A DNA stretch of 56,194 bases from Campylobacterales bacterium (GTDB lineage Bacteria; Campylobacterota; Campylobacteria; Campylobacterales; Sulfurimonadaceae), in NCBI GenBank assembly GCA_038205935.1, contig JBBRBK010000006.1, positions 1-56,194 of the forward strand. The letters run 5' to 3'. Of this stretch, positions 11,336-21,611 are shown piece by piece. The notes under the pieces were generated by a model. It was given only the letters and a program-made list of their open reading frames with translations, did no database searches and had not been told where the DNA came from. The position numbers and the translations under genes are program-made. Each line of letters starts with the position of its first letter. Positions within the stretch are counted from its first letter, which is position 1.

Positions 11336-11749
11336 ATGCATACGCAAGATGTAATAGATAAAGAGTATCACTTTGAGGGAAGAGCTATTGTAAGCGAAAC
11401 TGACACAAAGGGCGTGATAACGTTTGCAAATAGAAAGTTTTGTGAAATTTCTGGATACGAAAAAGATGAATTGATCGGTAAACCTCACAATATTGTGAGG
11501 CATCCAGACATGCCTCGCATAGCATTTGCCCAGATGTGGAAAGAGATTCAAGCAGGTAAAGCGTGGCATGGCATTGTCAAAAATTTACGAAAAGATGGCT
11601 TGTATTATTGGGTTGAAACAGAGATCACACCTGTGTTTGATACCGAGGGAAAAATCACAGGTTATATTGCCGCACGAAAACCAGCTAATAGAAAAGATAT
11701 AGAAGAAGCTCAAAATTTATATAAAAAAATACTTGAAAGCGAAAAATAA
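11336..11749 (+). CDS. Stand-alone Aer-type PAS domain protein
   Basis: SETDTKGVITFAN...GKPHNIVRHPDMP...WHGIVKNLRKDG, the FAD-binding Aer/CetB-type PAS signature. Confidence 0.9.
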   Translation: MHTQDVIDKEYHFEGRAIVSETDTKGVITFANRKFCEISGYEKDELIGKPHNIVRHPDMPRIAFAQMWKEIQAGKAWHGIVKNLRKDGLYYWVETEITPVFDTEGKITGYIAARKPANRKDIEEAQNLYKKILESEK

Positions 11750-11758
11750 GGAATCGGT

Positions 11759-13411
11759 ATGCTTATTTACAACCATAAACAAGAGTTTACAGGGATCAAC
11801 GAAAAAGATCTCAAGAGCCTAGGATTTAGAAACTTGGCAGATTTACAAAGTGAGTGCAACGATTTTGCTGACTTATTTGTCAAAAGACCTACTTATATTC
11901 ATAACTTTAAAAACTTCAATTGGATTTATTATATTTTAAACTCAGATATTGCTGAAGCTAAAGTTATCATTAGTGCAAAAAACAGAGAGTTCAGTGCAAC
12001 AATTGAGATAGAAACACTGTATTTAACAGATGCACCGAGTGAGCCTTCTTATGCTATTACTCTAGCAAAACTTAGAGCATTAGATGGCAGAGAGATAGAA
12101 GAAAGCAAACTAGGACGGGCAGAGACACCTACAGGCAGCATTGATTTTGAATCTGAAAATGAGTATATACCAAATCTTGAAAATGAAAAAGGTGTCGTAC
12201 TTAGTGAGCCTGATCCTTTTGAAACACCTCCAGCAGGTAATATCATTAATGATCCTTATGATTTTGATTTTAGTGCTCCACTTGAAATGGAAGATATTTA
12301 TGTCCCAAGCGAGACTCATGAAGAAAAATTCGATATTGGTAGTGACTTCGAATTTGGTAAGTTTGAGGACCGAACAGAAGAATTTTTACCACTCATAGAA
12401 GAACCTAAAACAGACAAAATTCCAGATGAAAAAGTAAAAACAAAACCGATGCTTGGAGACTATACAAGCTCTTCAGGTGGCGCACATGCTCAATATATCA
12501 ACAACTTACATGTAAGTAAAGATTATGTTTATAACCCACAAGTTGCATCTGATGAATTAGGTTTGCCTGTTGATCTTATTGAAGAGTTCATTGGTGACTT
12601 TATCCAACAATCATATGACTTTAAAGAGGAACTCTATACACATCTTGCAAATGATGAACTAAGCGATTTGAAACTTTTATCTCATAAACTTAAAGGTGTC
12701 GCAGCCAATTTAAGGATTGAAGATGCTTTTGAAGTATTGAGCATTATCAACACTTCTTCCAACATGGATGAGATTAGAGCCACAATTGACCACTTCTATA
12801 AAATAATCTCTAAGCTTGAAGGCAAAGAGCTGCCAATAGAGCTAGATGAAGAAAAAATATCTAGTGAAAATCTTTCTGCTGCAGTTGAAACTTCCAAAGA
12901 AGAGGAAAAAACTGTTCAAGCACCATTGGCAACGCAGGTAGATGATGACATCTATGATATAAATCTCAAACTTGATGAAGAAGAGCCTATTAGTTTAAAA
13001 GAGTCTCCTCTTGAAACCATGGATATAGACGACATGGATAGTTTTATCACACCTAAGGAAGAGTTTTATAAAATTCCAGAAGAGACAAACCTTCCAGTAG
13101 AAAGTCTTGAAACGCTTGATTATGATAAATCATCAGCTATCAATGAGCTCGGCTTACCTTCAGATCTTATTGAAGAACTCTTAGGAGACTTCAAAGAACA
13201 AGCAGAGTCCCGTTTACAGGCACTTGAAACGGCTGTAGAAACCAATGATAAAACTGCATTATATGATATTGCAATGAACATAAAGGGAACTGCAGATAAT
13301 CTTAGAGTAACTAAAATCTCCCAAGTTTTAAAAGATCTCTTATTCGTAACTGATAAACAAGAAACAAAACAGTTACTGATTCGTTTGAAAAACTTCATAA
13401 ATCAATTATAA
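11759..13411 (+). CDS. Acidic protein with two Hpt-like domains
   Basis: Repeated DELGLPVDLIEE / NELGLPSDLIEE helical units; SHKLKGVAANL (His present) and AMNIKGTADNL (His absent). Confidence 0.8.
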   Translation: MLIYNHKQEFTGINEKDLKSLGFRNLADLQSECNDFADLFVKRPTYIHNFKNFNWIYYILNSDIAEAKVIISAKNREFSATIEIETLYLTDAPSEPSYAITLAKLRALDGREIEESKLGRAETPTGSIDFESENEYIPNLENEKGVVLSEPDPFETPPAGNIINDPYDFDFSAPLEMEDIYVPSETHEEKFDIGSDFEFGKFEDRTEEFLPLIEEPKTDKIPDEKVKTKPMLGDYTSSSGGAHAQYINNLHVSKDYVYNPQVASDELGLPVDLIEEFIGDFIQQSYDFKEELYTHLANDELSDLKLLSHKLKGVAANLRIEDAFEVLSIINTSSNMDEIRATIDHFYKIISKLEGKELPIELDEEKISSENLSAAVETSKEEEKTVQAPLATQVDDDIYDINLKLDEEEPISLKESPLETMDIDDMDSFITPKEEFYKIPEETNLPVESLETLDYDKSSAINELGLPSDLIEELLGDFKEQAESRLQALETAVETNDKTALYDIAMNIKGTADNLRVTKISQVLKDLLFVTDKQETKQLLIRLKNFINQL

Positions 13412-13423
13412 GGAACTAGGACA

Positions 13424-16400
13424 ATGCAAATAGGACTCAAAAACAGACTAAGACTAATAAGTTTATTTCCGATTATTATTCTTTTTTCATTGGCTTCATA
13501 TTATGTTTATAATGCATATATAAGCTATCAAGGTGCGACTAAGCTCCAAGCAAAGTTACAAGAAAATAGATATTTAACTCACTTGCTTGACAATATATCG
13601 CGTGAACGCGGTATGACGATTATGTATCTTGGAAATGCATCTGAAACTACACATAACTCGCTTATGGCTCAACGCGATTTAGTAAATAAAAGTGCCAAAG
13701 AGTACCTCTCAAACATCGGAACTTTAGCTGATTTACACGACCACTCACATGGAATAGAAAACTGTCAAGCATGTAAAAACAGTGCTACTATAAAATCTAT
13801 TTTTCAAGAGATTAACAAAGTTAGAGGAACTGTCGATACTCAAAAAGTAGATTTTGATACTATCTTCTATAAATCTTATGGTAAAGATCAAGACACAATT
13901 TTAACAAAAATTGAGAATATTGCTCTTATCCATGTAGATGAAAAAATCACTTCACTTGCGACAGCATATCTTTCACTTGTTCGTGCACAGGAATATACAG
14001 CAGCGGAGCGAGATTATATCTCTTATACCCTTGCTCGCTCCACTCCGCTTGAAGCAGAACAGATTAACAAATGGCTCTTATTTATAGGTAAAGCCGACTC
14101 CATAAACTACTCAGAACTTGACAAAACAACTTCTAGTAAGCTTGATCTTCTATTTAAAAGTGATGACAGTGCCGAACTCGGTAGCGATATTACAGAAGAG
14201 CGTTCAAATATCCTAGAGGTAGCAAAAAGTGGTAAGTATGATACAGAGTCCGGTATCTGGTTTACTATGCTATCTGAAAAAGAAAATGTTATTACAGAAG
14301 GTAAAAAGGTTATTTTACAAGAGATGGATAGCAGAGCGAAAATCGTTCAAACAAATGCAATCCAAATACTTGCAATTGCTATTTCAATCTGGTTTATTTC
14401 AATAATTGTCGGTCTTCTTGGATTTTTACTCTCAAATGATATCGCTAGAAATATCAAAAATCTCGAATCCGTTTTAAAGCGTGTTGCAAAAGATACGGGA
14501 GAGGGTGAAGAAAATAGAAACATCAACCTTGATACCGCTTCAGGGACAGCACAAGCTTATCAACTTCTTGAAGATATCATCGAACAGACTCGTAACGATA
14601 AAGAGTATGCGATGGAAGCCAGTGAAGCAAAATCGATGTTTCTTGCAAATATGTCGCATGAAATTCGTACACCGCTAAATGGAATCGTCGGTTTTACAGA
14701 ACTCTTAAAAGATACAGATCTTTCTTCAGAACAAAGAGAGTTTATCGATATTATTGAAAAATCATCAGAAAATCTTCTTGAAATTATCAATAATATCCTT
14801 GACTTATCAAAAATTGAAAGCAACAAGCTTGAAATTGAAGAGATTGTATTTAATCCAATTAGAGAGTTTGAAAGTGCTGTTGAAGTTTATTCAGTTCGCG
14901 CATCAGAAAAACATATTGACCTTGGTTGTTACATCGATCCAAACTTGGAACGCCCTATTAAAGGTGATCCAACTAAGATCAAAGAGGTCGTTATCAACCT
15001 TCTTTCAAATGCGGTTAAATTTACAAATAACGGTGGTAGTATTAATGTAAATATCCGCCGTATAGCCTCTGAAAATAGCGGTAAAATAAAAATAAAATTC
15101 GAAGTTCAAGATAGTGGTATCGGTGTTACTAGTGAGCAAAAATCACGTATTTTCGAGGCGTTTAGTCAAGCAGATACATCAATTACTCGTAAATATGGCG
15201 GAACAGGTCTTGGTCTTACTATTTCTAGTAGATTTGTTGAACTTATGGGTGGTATCCTTGATTTAGAAAGTGAAGTCGGTCACGGAACAACTTTCTTCTT
15301 TACTCTTGAGTTTGAAGAGATTGAAACCCTCAATGAGAGTAATAAAGGTTCATTTTCAAATATCAATGCCCTTATCCTTGACTCTTCAGTTAAAACAAAA
15401 GCTCAGAGCAAATATTTACGTGAGTATTTAGATTTTTATGGTGTAAGCTACACTTCATTCAAAGATCTTGATGAGCTAAATAGACTTGAACAACAGATAA
15501 ATTATGACCTTTTATTTGTTGATTATGATTTCTCTGATGAAAATGATTTACTAAACTTTAGTAAATCTCCAGAAGCTATGATTTTAATTACAAAATCGTA
15601 CTATATGAAAAAGATTGAGACACTGGGCCTTAATATTTTTAAAACATTGTATGAGCCTTTAAATACAACTAAACTAAAATCAGTGCTTGAAAATTATGAC
15701 GCATCGTCATTTAATGAACAAAAAAATAAAAAAGCTCGTCGTAAAGTTTTTGATGAAAAAAGTTCAAGATTTGCGGCATCTGCTCTTGTTGCAGAAGACA
15801 ATGTCATTAACCAAAAACTTATAAAAAGAACTTTGGAAGATTTAGGCTTAACTGTCACATTGGCAAACAATGGACTTGAAGCATTTCAAAAGCGTAAAAG
15901 TGGAAAATTTGATATCGTATTTATGGATATTCAAATGCCTGTTCTAGATGGTGTTGAAGCTACTCAAGAAATACTTGATTATGAAGAAGATTTCGATGTT
16001 CCCCATGTTCCTATTATTGCCCTCACAGCGAATGCTCTTAAAGGAGATAGAGAACGTTTCTTAAGTCATGGATTAGATGAATACACTACAAAACCTTTAG
16101 TACGTTCTGAAATTGTATCTATCTTAAATCAATTTTTAAGCAATTTAATTGTCGATACAAGTAATGACAGGGAAGAAATAATTGTAGATGCGGAGGTTGA
16201 AAAAGTCTCACAAGAAGTGCTAATAGTTTCTGAGATAGTTGAAGACAACTCTGATCAAGAGGAAGAAATTCAAAACGAAACAGAAGAGACTGTCATTTTA
16301 GATGAAAATGTAGAAATGCTTCCAAAAGTATACAAAGCAGATATCTTATTAACAAAGAAAAATAAGATTGAAACAAAACTCTTTGCACGTGTGCTTGAAG

Positions 16401-16681
16401 AACTGAAATACACGTATGAGATTGCAGACAATGTAACTGATATGAATGAGAAACTCAAACATAATAGATATAAATTAGCACTATTTGATAAAGAATTAAG
16501 CGGACTTGATCTTGCTGATCTTGCAAGCAGTACTAAAGAGTTCGGTTCAGAAATATACTTTGTTATGATGGTTGATCCTGCTAGCGAAGCGGAAGAAACT
16601 GATGCTCTGTATGTGCATGAAATAATTAAAAATATCGTAAATAAAGATCTACTACGTTTAGTATTTGAAAAATTTGTTTAG
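13424..16681 (+). CDS. Hybrid sensor histidine kinase with NIT-like periplasmic domain and receiver domains
   Basis: Two TM helices; [11 protein letters not shown]...QR and AERDY NIT-like motifs; H-box [12 protein letters not shown]-boxes DSGIG and GGTGLGL; receiver VAEDN...FMDIQMP...TTKP. Confidence 0.92.
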   Translation: MQIGLKNRLRLISLFPIIILFSLASYYVYNAYISYQGATKLQAKLQENRYLTHLLDNISRERGMTIMYLGNASETTHNSLMAQRDLVNKSAKEYLSNIGTLADLHDHSHGIENCQACKNSATIKSIFQEINKVRGTVDTQKVDFDTIFYKSYGKDQDTILTKIENIALIHVDEKITSLATAYLSLVRAQEYTAAERDYISYTLARSTPLEAEQINKWLLFIGKADSINYSELDKTTSSKLDLLFKSDDSAELGSDITEERSNILEVAKSGKYDTESGIWFTMLSEKENVITEGKKVILQEMDSRAKIVQTNAIQILAIAISIWFISIIVGLLGFLLSNDIARNIKNLESVLKRVAKDTGEGEENRNINLDTASGTAQAYQLLEDIIEQTRNDKEYAMEASEAKSMFLANMSHEIRTPLNGIVGFTELLKDTDLSSEQREFIDIIEKSSENLLEIINNILDLSKIESNKLEIEEIVFNPIREFESAVEVYSVRASEKHIDLGCYIDPNLERPIKGDPTKIKEVVINLLSNAVKFTNNGGSINVNIRRIASENSGKIKIKFEVQDSGIGVTSEQKSRIFEAFSQADTSITRKYGGTGLGLTISSRFVELMGGILDLESEVGHGTTFFFTLEFEEIETLNESNKGSFSNINALILDSSVKTKAQSKYLREYLDFYGVSYTSFKDLDELNRLEQQINYDLLFVDYDFSDENDLLNFSKSPEAMILITKSYYMKKIETLGLNIFKTLYEPLNTTKLKSVLENYDASSFNEQKNKKARRKVFDEKSSRFAASALVAEDNVINQKLIKRTLEDLGLTVTLANNGLEAFQKRKSGKFDIVFMDIQMPVLDGVEATQEILDYEEDFDVPHVPIIALTANALKGDRERFLSHGLDEYTTKPLVRSEIVSILNQFLSNLIVDTSNDREEIIVDAEVEKVSQEVLIVSEIVEDNSDQEEEIQNETEETVILDENVEMLPKVYKADILLTKKNKIETKLFARVLEELKYTYEIADNVTDMNEKLKHNRYKLALFDKELSGLDLADLASSTKEFGSEIYFVMMVDPASEAEETDALYVHEIIKNIVNKDLLRLVFEKFV

Positions 16682-16695
16682 CCAAGGATTAAGAA

Positions 16696-17073
16696 ATGTT
16701 AGATAAAAAATTAAAGATTTTAGCAGTTGATGATGATATGATCAACCTCAAACTACTCAAATCTATGCTCACAAAACAGGATAATGTATCTGAAGTTTTA
16801 GAAGCAAGAAATGGCGCTGATGCCATCGAAGTACTCAAGTCCGTAAGTGATATAGATATTATCTTATTAGACATCATCATGCCGGTCATGGGTGGCATAG
16901 AGATGCTAAAGGTAGTGCGTGCTGATGAGAATCTAAAGCAGCTGCCTATTATTATGCTAACAACAGATGAAACGAAAAAGAGTGAAGCTCTTGAAAGTGG
17001 GGCAAATGGTTTTTTAATGAAGCCTGTCCGTGCGCATGATCTCATAGAACAAATAAGTAGACTCTCTATCTAA
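16696..17073 (+). CDS. Single-domain (CheY-like) response regulator
   Basis: AVDDD, LLDIIMP, LTT, FLMKP. Confidence 0.93.
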   Translation: MLDKKLKILAVDDDMINLKLLKSMLTKQDNVSEVLEARNGADAIEVLKSVSDIDIILLDIIMPVMGGIEMLKVVRADENLKQLPIIMLTTDETKKSEALESGANGFLMKPVRAHDLIEQISRLSI

Positions 17074-17078
17074 GCTTA

Positions 17079-17107
17079 TTATCTAATAGCTCTAAGCTAT
17101 TAGATAA
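17079..17107. terminator. Probable bidirectional terminator between the convergent receiver gene and lon
   Basis: Perfect 13-bp stem TTATCTAATAGCT-CTA-AGCTATTAGATAA. Confidence 0.65.
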
Positions 17108-19517
17108 GTGCTAATTTTAAAACCTCTTCTATTCTCTTAACTCCGATGATCTCGATATCGTCTTGAACCTCTTTTGGTATGTCAATAAGGTCTCTTTCAT
17201 AATTTTTTTGTGGAATCACAACTTTTGTCATCCCTGCTTTATGTGCAGCTATGAGTTTTTCTTTGAGTCCACCAATAGGTAAGACATCACCACGAAGAGA
17301 AACTTCGCCTGTCATAGCAAGATCTGAACGAACTTTTTTTGAACTCAGAATTGATGCCATAACCGTTGTCATAGCGATTCCCGCACTTGGTCCATCTTTT
17401 GGAGTAGCACCATCTGGAACGTGTACATGCAAGTCATATCTTTTATACACTTCGCTTGCATCGAGCTTGGTATTTTTCTCTTTTTCTTCAAATGTCATAG
17501 GAATATTTTCTGGAGAAATCTCAAGTTTGCCCTCATCGATAAGTGTTTTAACAACACTGAGGGCGATTCTAGCAGATTCTTTCATGACTTCACCAAGGCT
17601 CCCGGTAATCTGCATATTTCCTTTGCCTTTAATACGTATAGTCTCAATTTTGAGTACATCACCACCGACACTTGTCCATGCAAGACCATTCACTATCCCA
17701 ATGACAGGAATTTTATCAGTTTTTTCAATCTCAAAAACACTCTTGTCAAAAAAATCTTTTAAATTTTTGACAGAGATAGACACTTTAGTTAGCTCATGGT
17801 TTTGTAGCAGCATCTTTGCAGCTTTACGGGTCAAATCTGCAATGCGACGGCGAAGATTTCTCACACCCGCTTCACGCGTAAACTTATGAATAAGTTCTTG
17901 AAGAGCTGGTTTAGAAACAGAGAGTTCTGAGTTTTTCAGTCCATGCTTTTTTATCTCTTGAGGCAACAAATAACGCTTTGCTATCTCAAATTTCTCTTGT
18001 GGTGTATAACTACTTACGGTAATAAACTCCATTCTATCACGAAGCGGTGCTGGAATACTTCCAACATCATTTGCTGTTGCTATAAAAATCACATCTCGAA
18101 GATCAATATTGAAGTTAAGATAATAATCTCTAAACTCTTTATTTTGCTCAGGATCAAGTATCTCTAGTAAAACAGCCGTCGGATCGCCTCTATGAGAGCG
18201 CGCGACTTTATCTATCTCATCAAGAACGATGACAGGATTCATCTTTTTCGCATCGATAAGACCTTGAACAATACGTCCCGGCATAGCGCCTATATAAGTG
18301 CGTCTGTGTCCACGAAGCTCATTCACATCTTCTAATCCACCAAGTGCAATACGCACTAAGGGACGGTGAAGTGCTTTAGCAATAGAGTTAGCCAAAGATG
18401 TTTTACCAACGCCGGGAGGTCCATTGAAACAAAGGATTGCTCCAGCAGAATTTTCATCTTTTTTTCCTCTGAGTTCAAGTAGCTCTTTCACTGCAAAGTA
18501 TTCAACTATACGTTCTTTTGGTTTTTTAAGCGAAAAATGATCTTCATCAAGCTGTTTTTCAACATTTTCAATTTTTAACGCTTTTTTTGCCATCTCTCCA
18601 AATGGAATATCAAGCGTCCACTCTAAGTAGCTTTGTATCATCCCCGCATCAGCAGAATCCGGATGCATTCTTGCATAACGTTCTATTTGTTTGTTGATCT
18701 CTTTATAAGCATCTTCACCCATTTTAGCTTTTTTTGATGCAAGTTTTTTACGGTATTCTTCTATCTCTTCATCTCTTTGAGAATCAACACCGAGCTCTCT
18801 TTGAATCTGTTTTAACTGCTCTTTTAAAAAATACTCTTTATTGACTTTTTCTATTTTAGAGTGAACTTTACTTCGTATCTCTTTTTGAAGTTTATTTGCT
18901 TCGATCTCTTCGATAAGATAGTCTATGAGTATCAAAAATCTTTCTTCTACATTTGTTTCAGAAAAGAGTTTATATGCCTGCTCTTTTTTGAGCTTAATAC
19001 TGCTACAAATAAGATCTACGATACGATTGTATTCGTGATTGTCTTCTATCGTACGTAAAAGGTCAGGTGGAAAATAGCCACTGACTTGAGAAAGCGCACG
19101 CACTTTTTCTCTGACAACTTCCAAAACAGCATCAAGTCTAAGTTCATTTGCCACACTCGATTGCAATACATTTATACTTGCAATCATAGGCGCATCACTC
19201 ACATGTGAAAGTAATTCTCCACGTGCAAGACCTTGAAAAAGCACTTTTACTCTTCCATCGGGAAGAGCTACTTTTCTCATAATCGAGCCTATAACTCCTA
19301 CTTTATAAAGTGAATCATAATCTCTTTGTCCCTCATGTTCAGGCTTTGTCGAACATACAATGACTAAAGTATTTTCATCCATAGCTTTATTTGCGGCAGC
19401 AATATTTTTCTCATCACTCAAAAAAAGTGGAGAGATCATAAACGGATATAAAAATATTTCATCTTCAGCAATAACGGGAATATTCGCAGGAAACTCGCTA
19501 AAGTTACTTAATTGCAT
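17100..19517 (-). CDS. lon: ATP-dependent protease La
   Basis: GPPGVGKTS, RGHRRTYIGAMPG, PKDGPSAG, GGLKEKLIAA. Confidence 0.99.
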   Translation of the reverse strand: MQLSNFSEFPANIPVIAEDEIFLYPFMISPLFLSDEKNIAAANKAMDENTLVIVCSTKPEHEGQRDYDSLYKVGVIGSIMRKVALPDGRVKVLFQGLARGELLSHVSDAPMIASINVLQSSVANELRLDAVLEVVREKVRALSQVSGYFPPDLLRTIEDNHEYNRIVDLICSSIKLKKEQAYKLFSETNVEERFLILIDYLIEEIEANKLQKEIRSKVHSKIEKVNKEYFLKEQLKQIQRELGVDSQRDEEIEEYRKKLASKKAKMGEDAYKEINKQIERYARMHPDSADAGMIQSYLEWTLDIPFGEMAKKALKIENVEKQLDEDHFSLKKPKERIVEYFAVKELLELRGKKDENSAGAILCFNGPPGVGKTSLANSIAKALHRPLVRIALGGLEDVNELRGHRRTYIGAMPGRIVQGLIDAKKMNPVIVLDEIDKVARSHRGDPTAVLLEILDPEQNKEFRDYYLNFNIDLRDVIFIATANDVGSIPAPLRDRMEFITVSSYTPQEKFEIAKRYLLPQEIKKHGLKNSELSVSKPALQELIHKFTREAGVRNLRRRIADLTRKAAKMLLQNHELTKVSISVKNLKDFFDKSVFEIEKTDKIPVIGIVNGLAWTSVGGDVLKIETIRIKGKGNMQITGSLGEVMKESARIALSVVKTLIDEGKLEISPENIPMTFEEKEKNTKLDASEVYKRYDLHVHVPDGATPKDGPSAGIAMTTVMASILSSKKVRSDLAMTGEVSLRGDVLPIGGLKEKLIAAHKAGMTKVVIPQKNYERDLIDIPKEVQDDIEIIGVKRIEEVLKLALI

Positions 19518-20272
19518 TATTTTTTCGCTCCATCATCTGTAACATTGTCATCACCTTGAATGCTATTTCTTGAAACGACACTTTGTGTTTTTGGTATCAT
19601 AAAATCATACCAACTCGATGTTCCATCACCTTCAAACCACTCTCTATACCATGCAGTGTTTTCACGATCTATCTGATTCCATTGAATCCAAGTCTGTTTT
19701 TCTACGTCTCTATAAAACTTTGCACTTTTAGGCTTGTCAACTCTATTATAGAGCGATGCGATACTCTCGTTTAGTGCAGCCTGAGCTAAATACTGTTTTG
19801 TAAGCATCGTGTCCACAAGCGGATAATATATAGAATTTGGATACTTCACTTTAAAATTCTTTGAAGCTTGTATTGCATCATCTATTGCGGCTTGATCACG
19901 ACGTGGATGGGGAAGAGCAAGATATTTTGCCTTCACTGACATATATTCTGAATACTCTTTTTCATTCGGATTTGCATATCTTTTGATATATTCATCTAAA
20001 AAGTGATCAGCTAAAATATACTCATCATTTTGCATATGTGCAACTGCCAAAATCAGTGTTGCTTCACGAAGAAGAGGTGATCCGATATGCTCACCCTGAA
20101 GAGAACTATAATAGTTGTCTGCCCTGTCAAGATTACCTATCGAGACATTTTCAACTATTTTTGAGTACCAATACATTGCTGGCTTATTGTATTCATCGTT
20201 ATCATCTTTACTACATCCAGTAAAAATAATAAAAATCAAGAGTAATGGGAATAATGTTTTTGTTAATATCAA
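19517..20272 (-). CDS. bamD: Outer membrane assembly lipoprotein BamD
   Basis: Lipobox FTGC, TPR-like helices, RRDQ motif; bamD-lon order typical of Campylobacterota. Confidence 0.85.
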   Translation of the reverse strand: MILTKTLFPLLLIFIIFTGCSKDDNDEYNKPAMYWYSKIVENVSIGNLDRADNYYSSLQGEHIGSPLLREATLILAVAHMQNDEYILADHFLDEYIKRYANPNEKEYSEYMSVKAKYLALPHPRRDQAAIDDAIQASKNFKVKYPNSIYYPLVDTMLTKQYLAQAALNESIASLYNRVDKPKSAKFYRDVEKQTWIQWNQIDRENTAWYREWFEGDGTSSWYDFMIPKTQSVVSRNSIQGDDNVTDDGAKK

Positions 20273-20397
20273 AATAAATCCTTCTTTTTGTTAAGAGTGT
20301 TATTTTATCGAAAATAATTGTTACCCTACATTAAGTGACAACTAAATTACTGCAAATGTGCTACAATAATACCTATGTTCATTCTAAAGGTTTATAT

Positions 20398-20781
20398 ATG
20401 ATATTTGAGTTAAAAAGTCCGTTGTTAGGTTTTGAAAGCATCACAAAGATGGAGCTAAAAACGATAGATGATGTTTTTGCAAGACTTCAAGTTTTAGATG
20501 TCAGTGAACCATCTTTTACCCTAATAAATCCCTTTGTTCTACGTGAATATAATATTGACATTCCAACAGCTGTTCAAGAACTCCTTGAGATCAGTGAAAC
20601 TACAAATTTTCTCGTTTACAATATGCTTATTGTTGCAACTCCAATTGAAGACTCATATGTAAATTTTGTAGGTCCACTTATTTTCAATACAGACAACAGT
20701 ACTATGGTTCAAGTCATTCTAGCTGACAACTCTCCATATGGAGTCTCCGAAAAACTGTCAAATTTTCTACAAAAAGATTGA
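20398..20781 (+). CDS. fliW: Flagellar assembly factor FliW
   Basis: PLLGFE, FTLINPF, VNFVGPLIFN. Start moved to the ATG at 20398. Confidence 0.9.
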   Translation: MIFELKSPLLGFESITKMELKTIDDVFARLQVLDVSEPSFTLINPFVLREYNIDIPTAVQELLEISETTNFLVYNMLIVATPIEDSYVNFVGPLIFNTDNSTMVQVILADNSPYGVSEKLSNFLQKD

Positions 20782-20784
20782 ATT

Positions 20785-21546
20785 ATGAAAGAAAAAATCA
20801 CACTTATTGGTAATGGAAATATGGCATATGCCATTGCTGCTGGTCTTATTTCAGAATACGAAATAGAACTTGTTGGAAGAGATATGCAAAAACTTATCAG
20901 CTTTGAAGAAAAGCTACAACATAGCATCACAAAAACTCTTTTTGTAAACTTCGATGCATCAAATAAAACACTTATACTTTGTGTTAAACCTGCAAATATT
21001 ACGGCTATGAAAACACTTATCTTAGGTGAAGCAAAGACTCTTTACTCTGTTCTTGCCGGTACATCTATAGAAAAACTAAAACTCAATATTCAAGCTAAAA
21101 ATTATGTAAGAGCGATGCCAAATCTTGCGGCAAACATCGGAAAATCAATGACTACGCTTACCGGTGAAACTAGCTGCATAAATGAAGCTATCGCTATATT
21201 TAGTGCTATTGGTCCAACTCTATGGGTTTCTTCACAAAAAGAGCTTGACATTGCTACAGCACTTGCAGGAAGTGGACCTGCCTACCTCGCACTCATCGCA
21301 GAAGCATTGGCGGATGGTGCAGTGAAACAAGGACTTAAACGTGATGACGCGATGAGTTTAATGCGTGGACTTTTCTTAGGTTTTAGTGAAATAATTCAAG
21401 ATGTTCACCCTGCTCTTTTAAAAGATGCCGTTATGAGTCCAGGTGGTACAACGGCTGCTGGATATAGCGCCTTAGAAGAAAATGGTGTAAGAAATGGATG
21501 TATAAAAGCGATAGAAGCGGCATATAAAAGAGCAACTGAATTATAA
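20785..21546 (+). CDS. proC: Pyrroline-5-carboxylate reductase
   Basis: IGNGNM, RAMPN, GSGPAY, VMSPGGTT. Confidence 0.97.
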   Translation: MKEKITLIGNGNMAYAIAAGLISEYEIELVGRDMQKLISFEEKLQHSITKTLFVNFDASNKTLILCVKPANITAMKTLILGEAKTLYSVLAGTSIEKLKLNIQAKNYVRAMPNLAANIGKSMTTLTGETSCINEAIAIFSAIGPTLWVSSQKELDIATALAGSGPAYLALIAEALADGAVKQGLKRDDAMSLMRGLFLGFSEIIQDVHPALLKDAVMSPGGTTAAGYSALEENGVRNGCIKAIEAAYKRATEL

Positions 21547-21570
21547 AATAGTGCTTTGCATTCGCTGAGC

Positions 21571-21602
21571 GCTTTACATGTAAGCAAAAGGGCTTACATG
21601 CG
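21571..21602. terminator. Hairpin between convergent proC and pckA, built from the iterated palindrome
   Basis: CATGTAAGC-AAAAGG-GCTTACATG. Confidence 0.55.
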
Positions 21603-21611
21603 TAGTAGCAA

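Noticed and set aside
20335..20397. Longer N-termini given by the ORF track for fliW (and likewise porin 42197, aguB 46847, DGC 48818, pyk 50802, RHH 54627)
   Set aside because: Downstream ATGs fit the RBS positions or family N-termini better.
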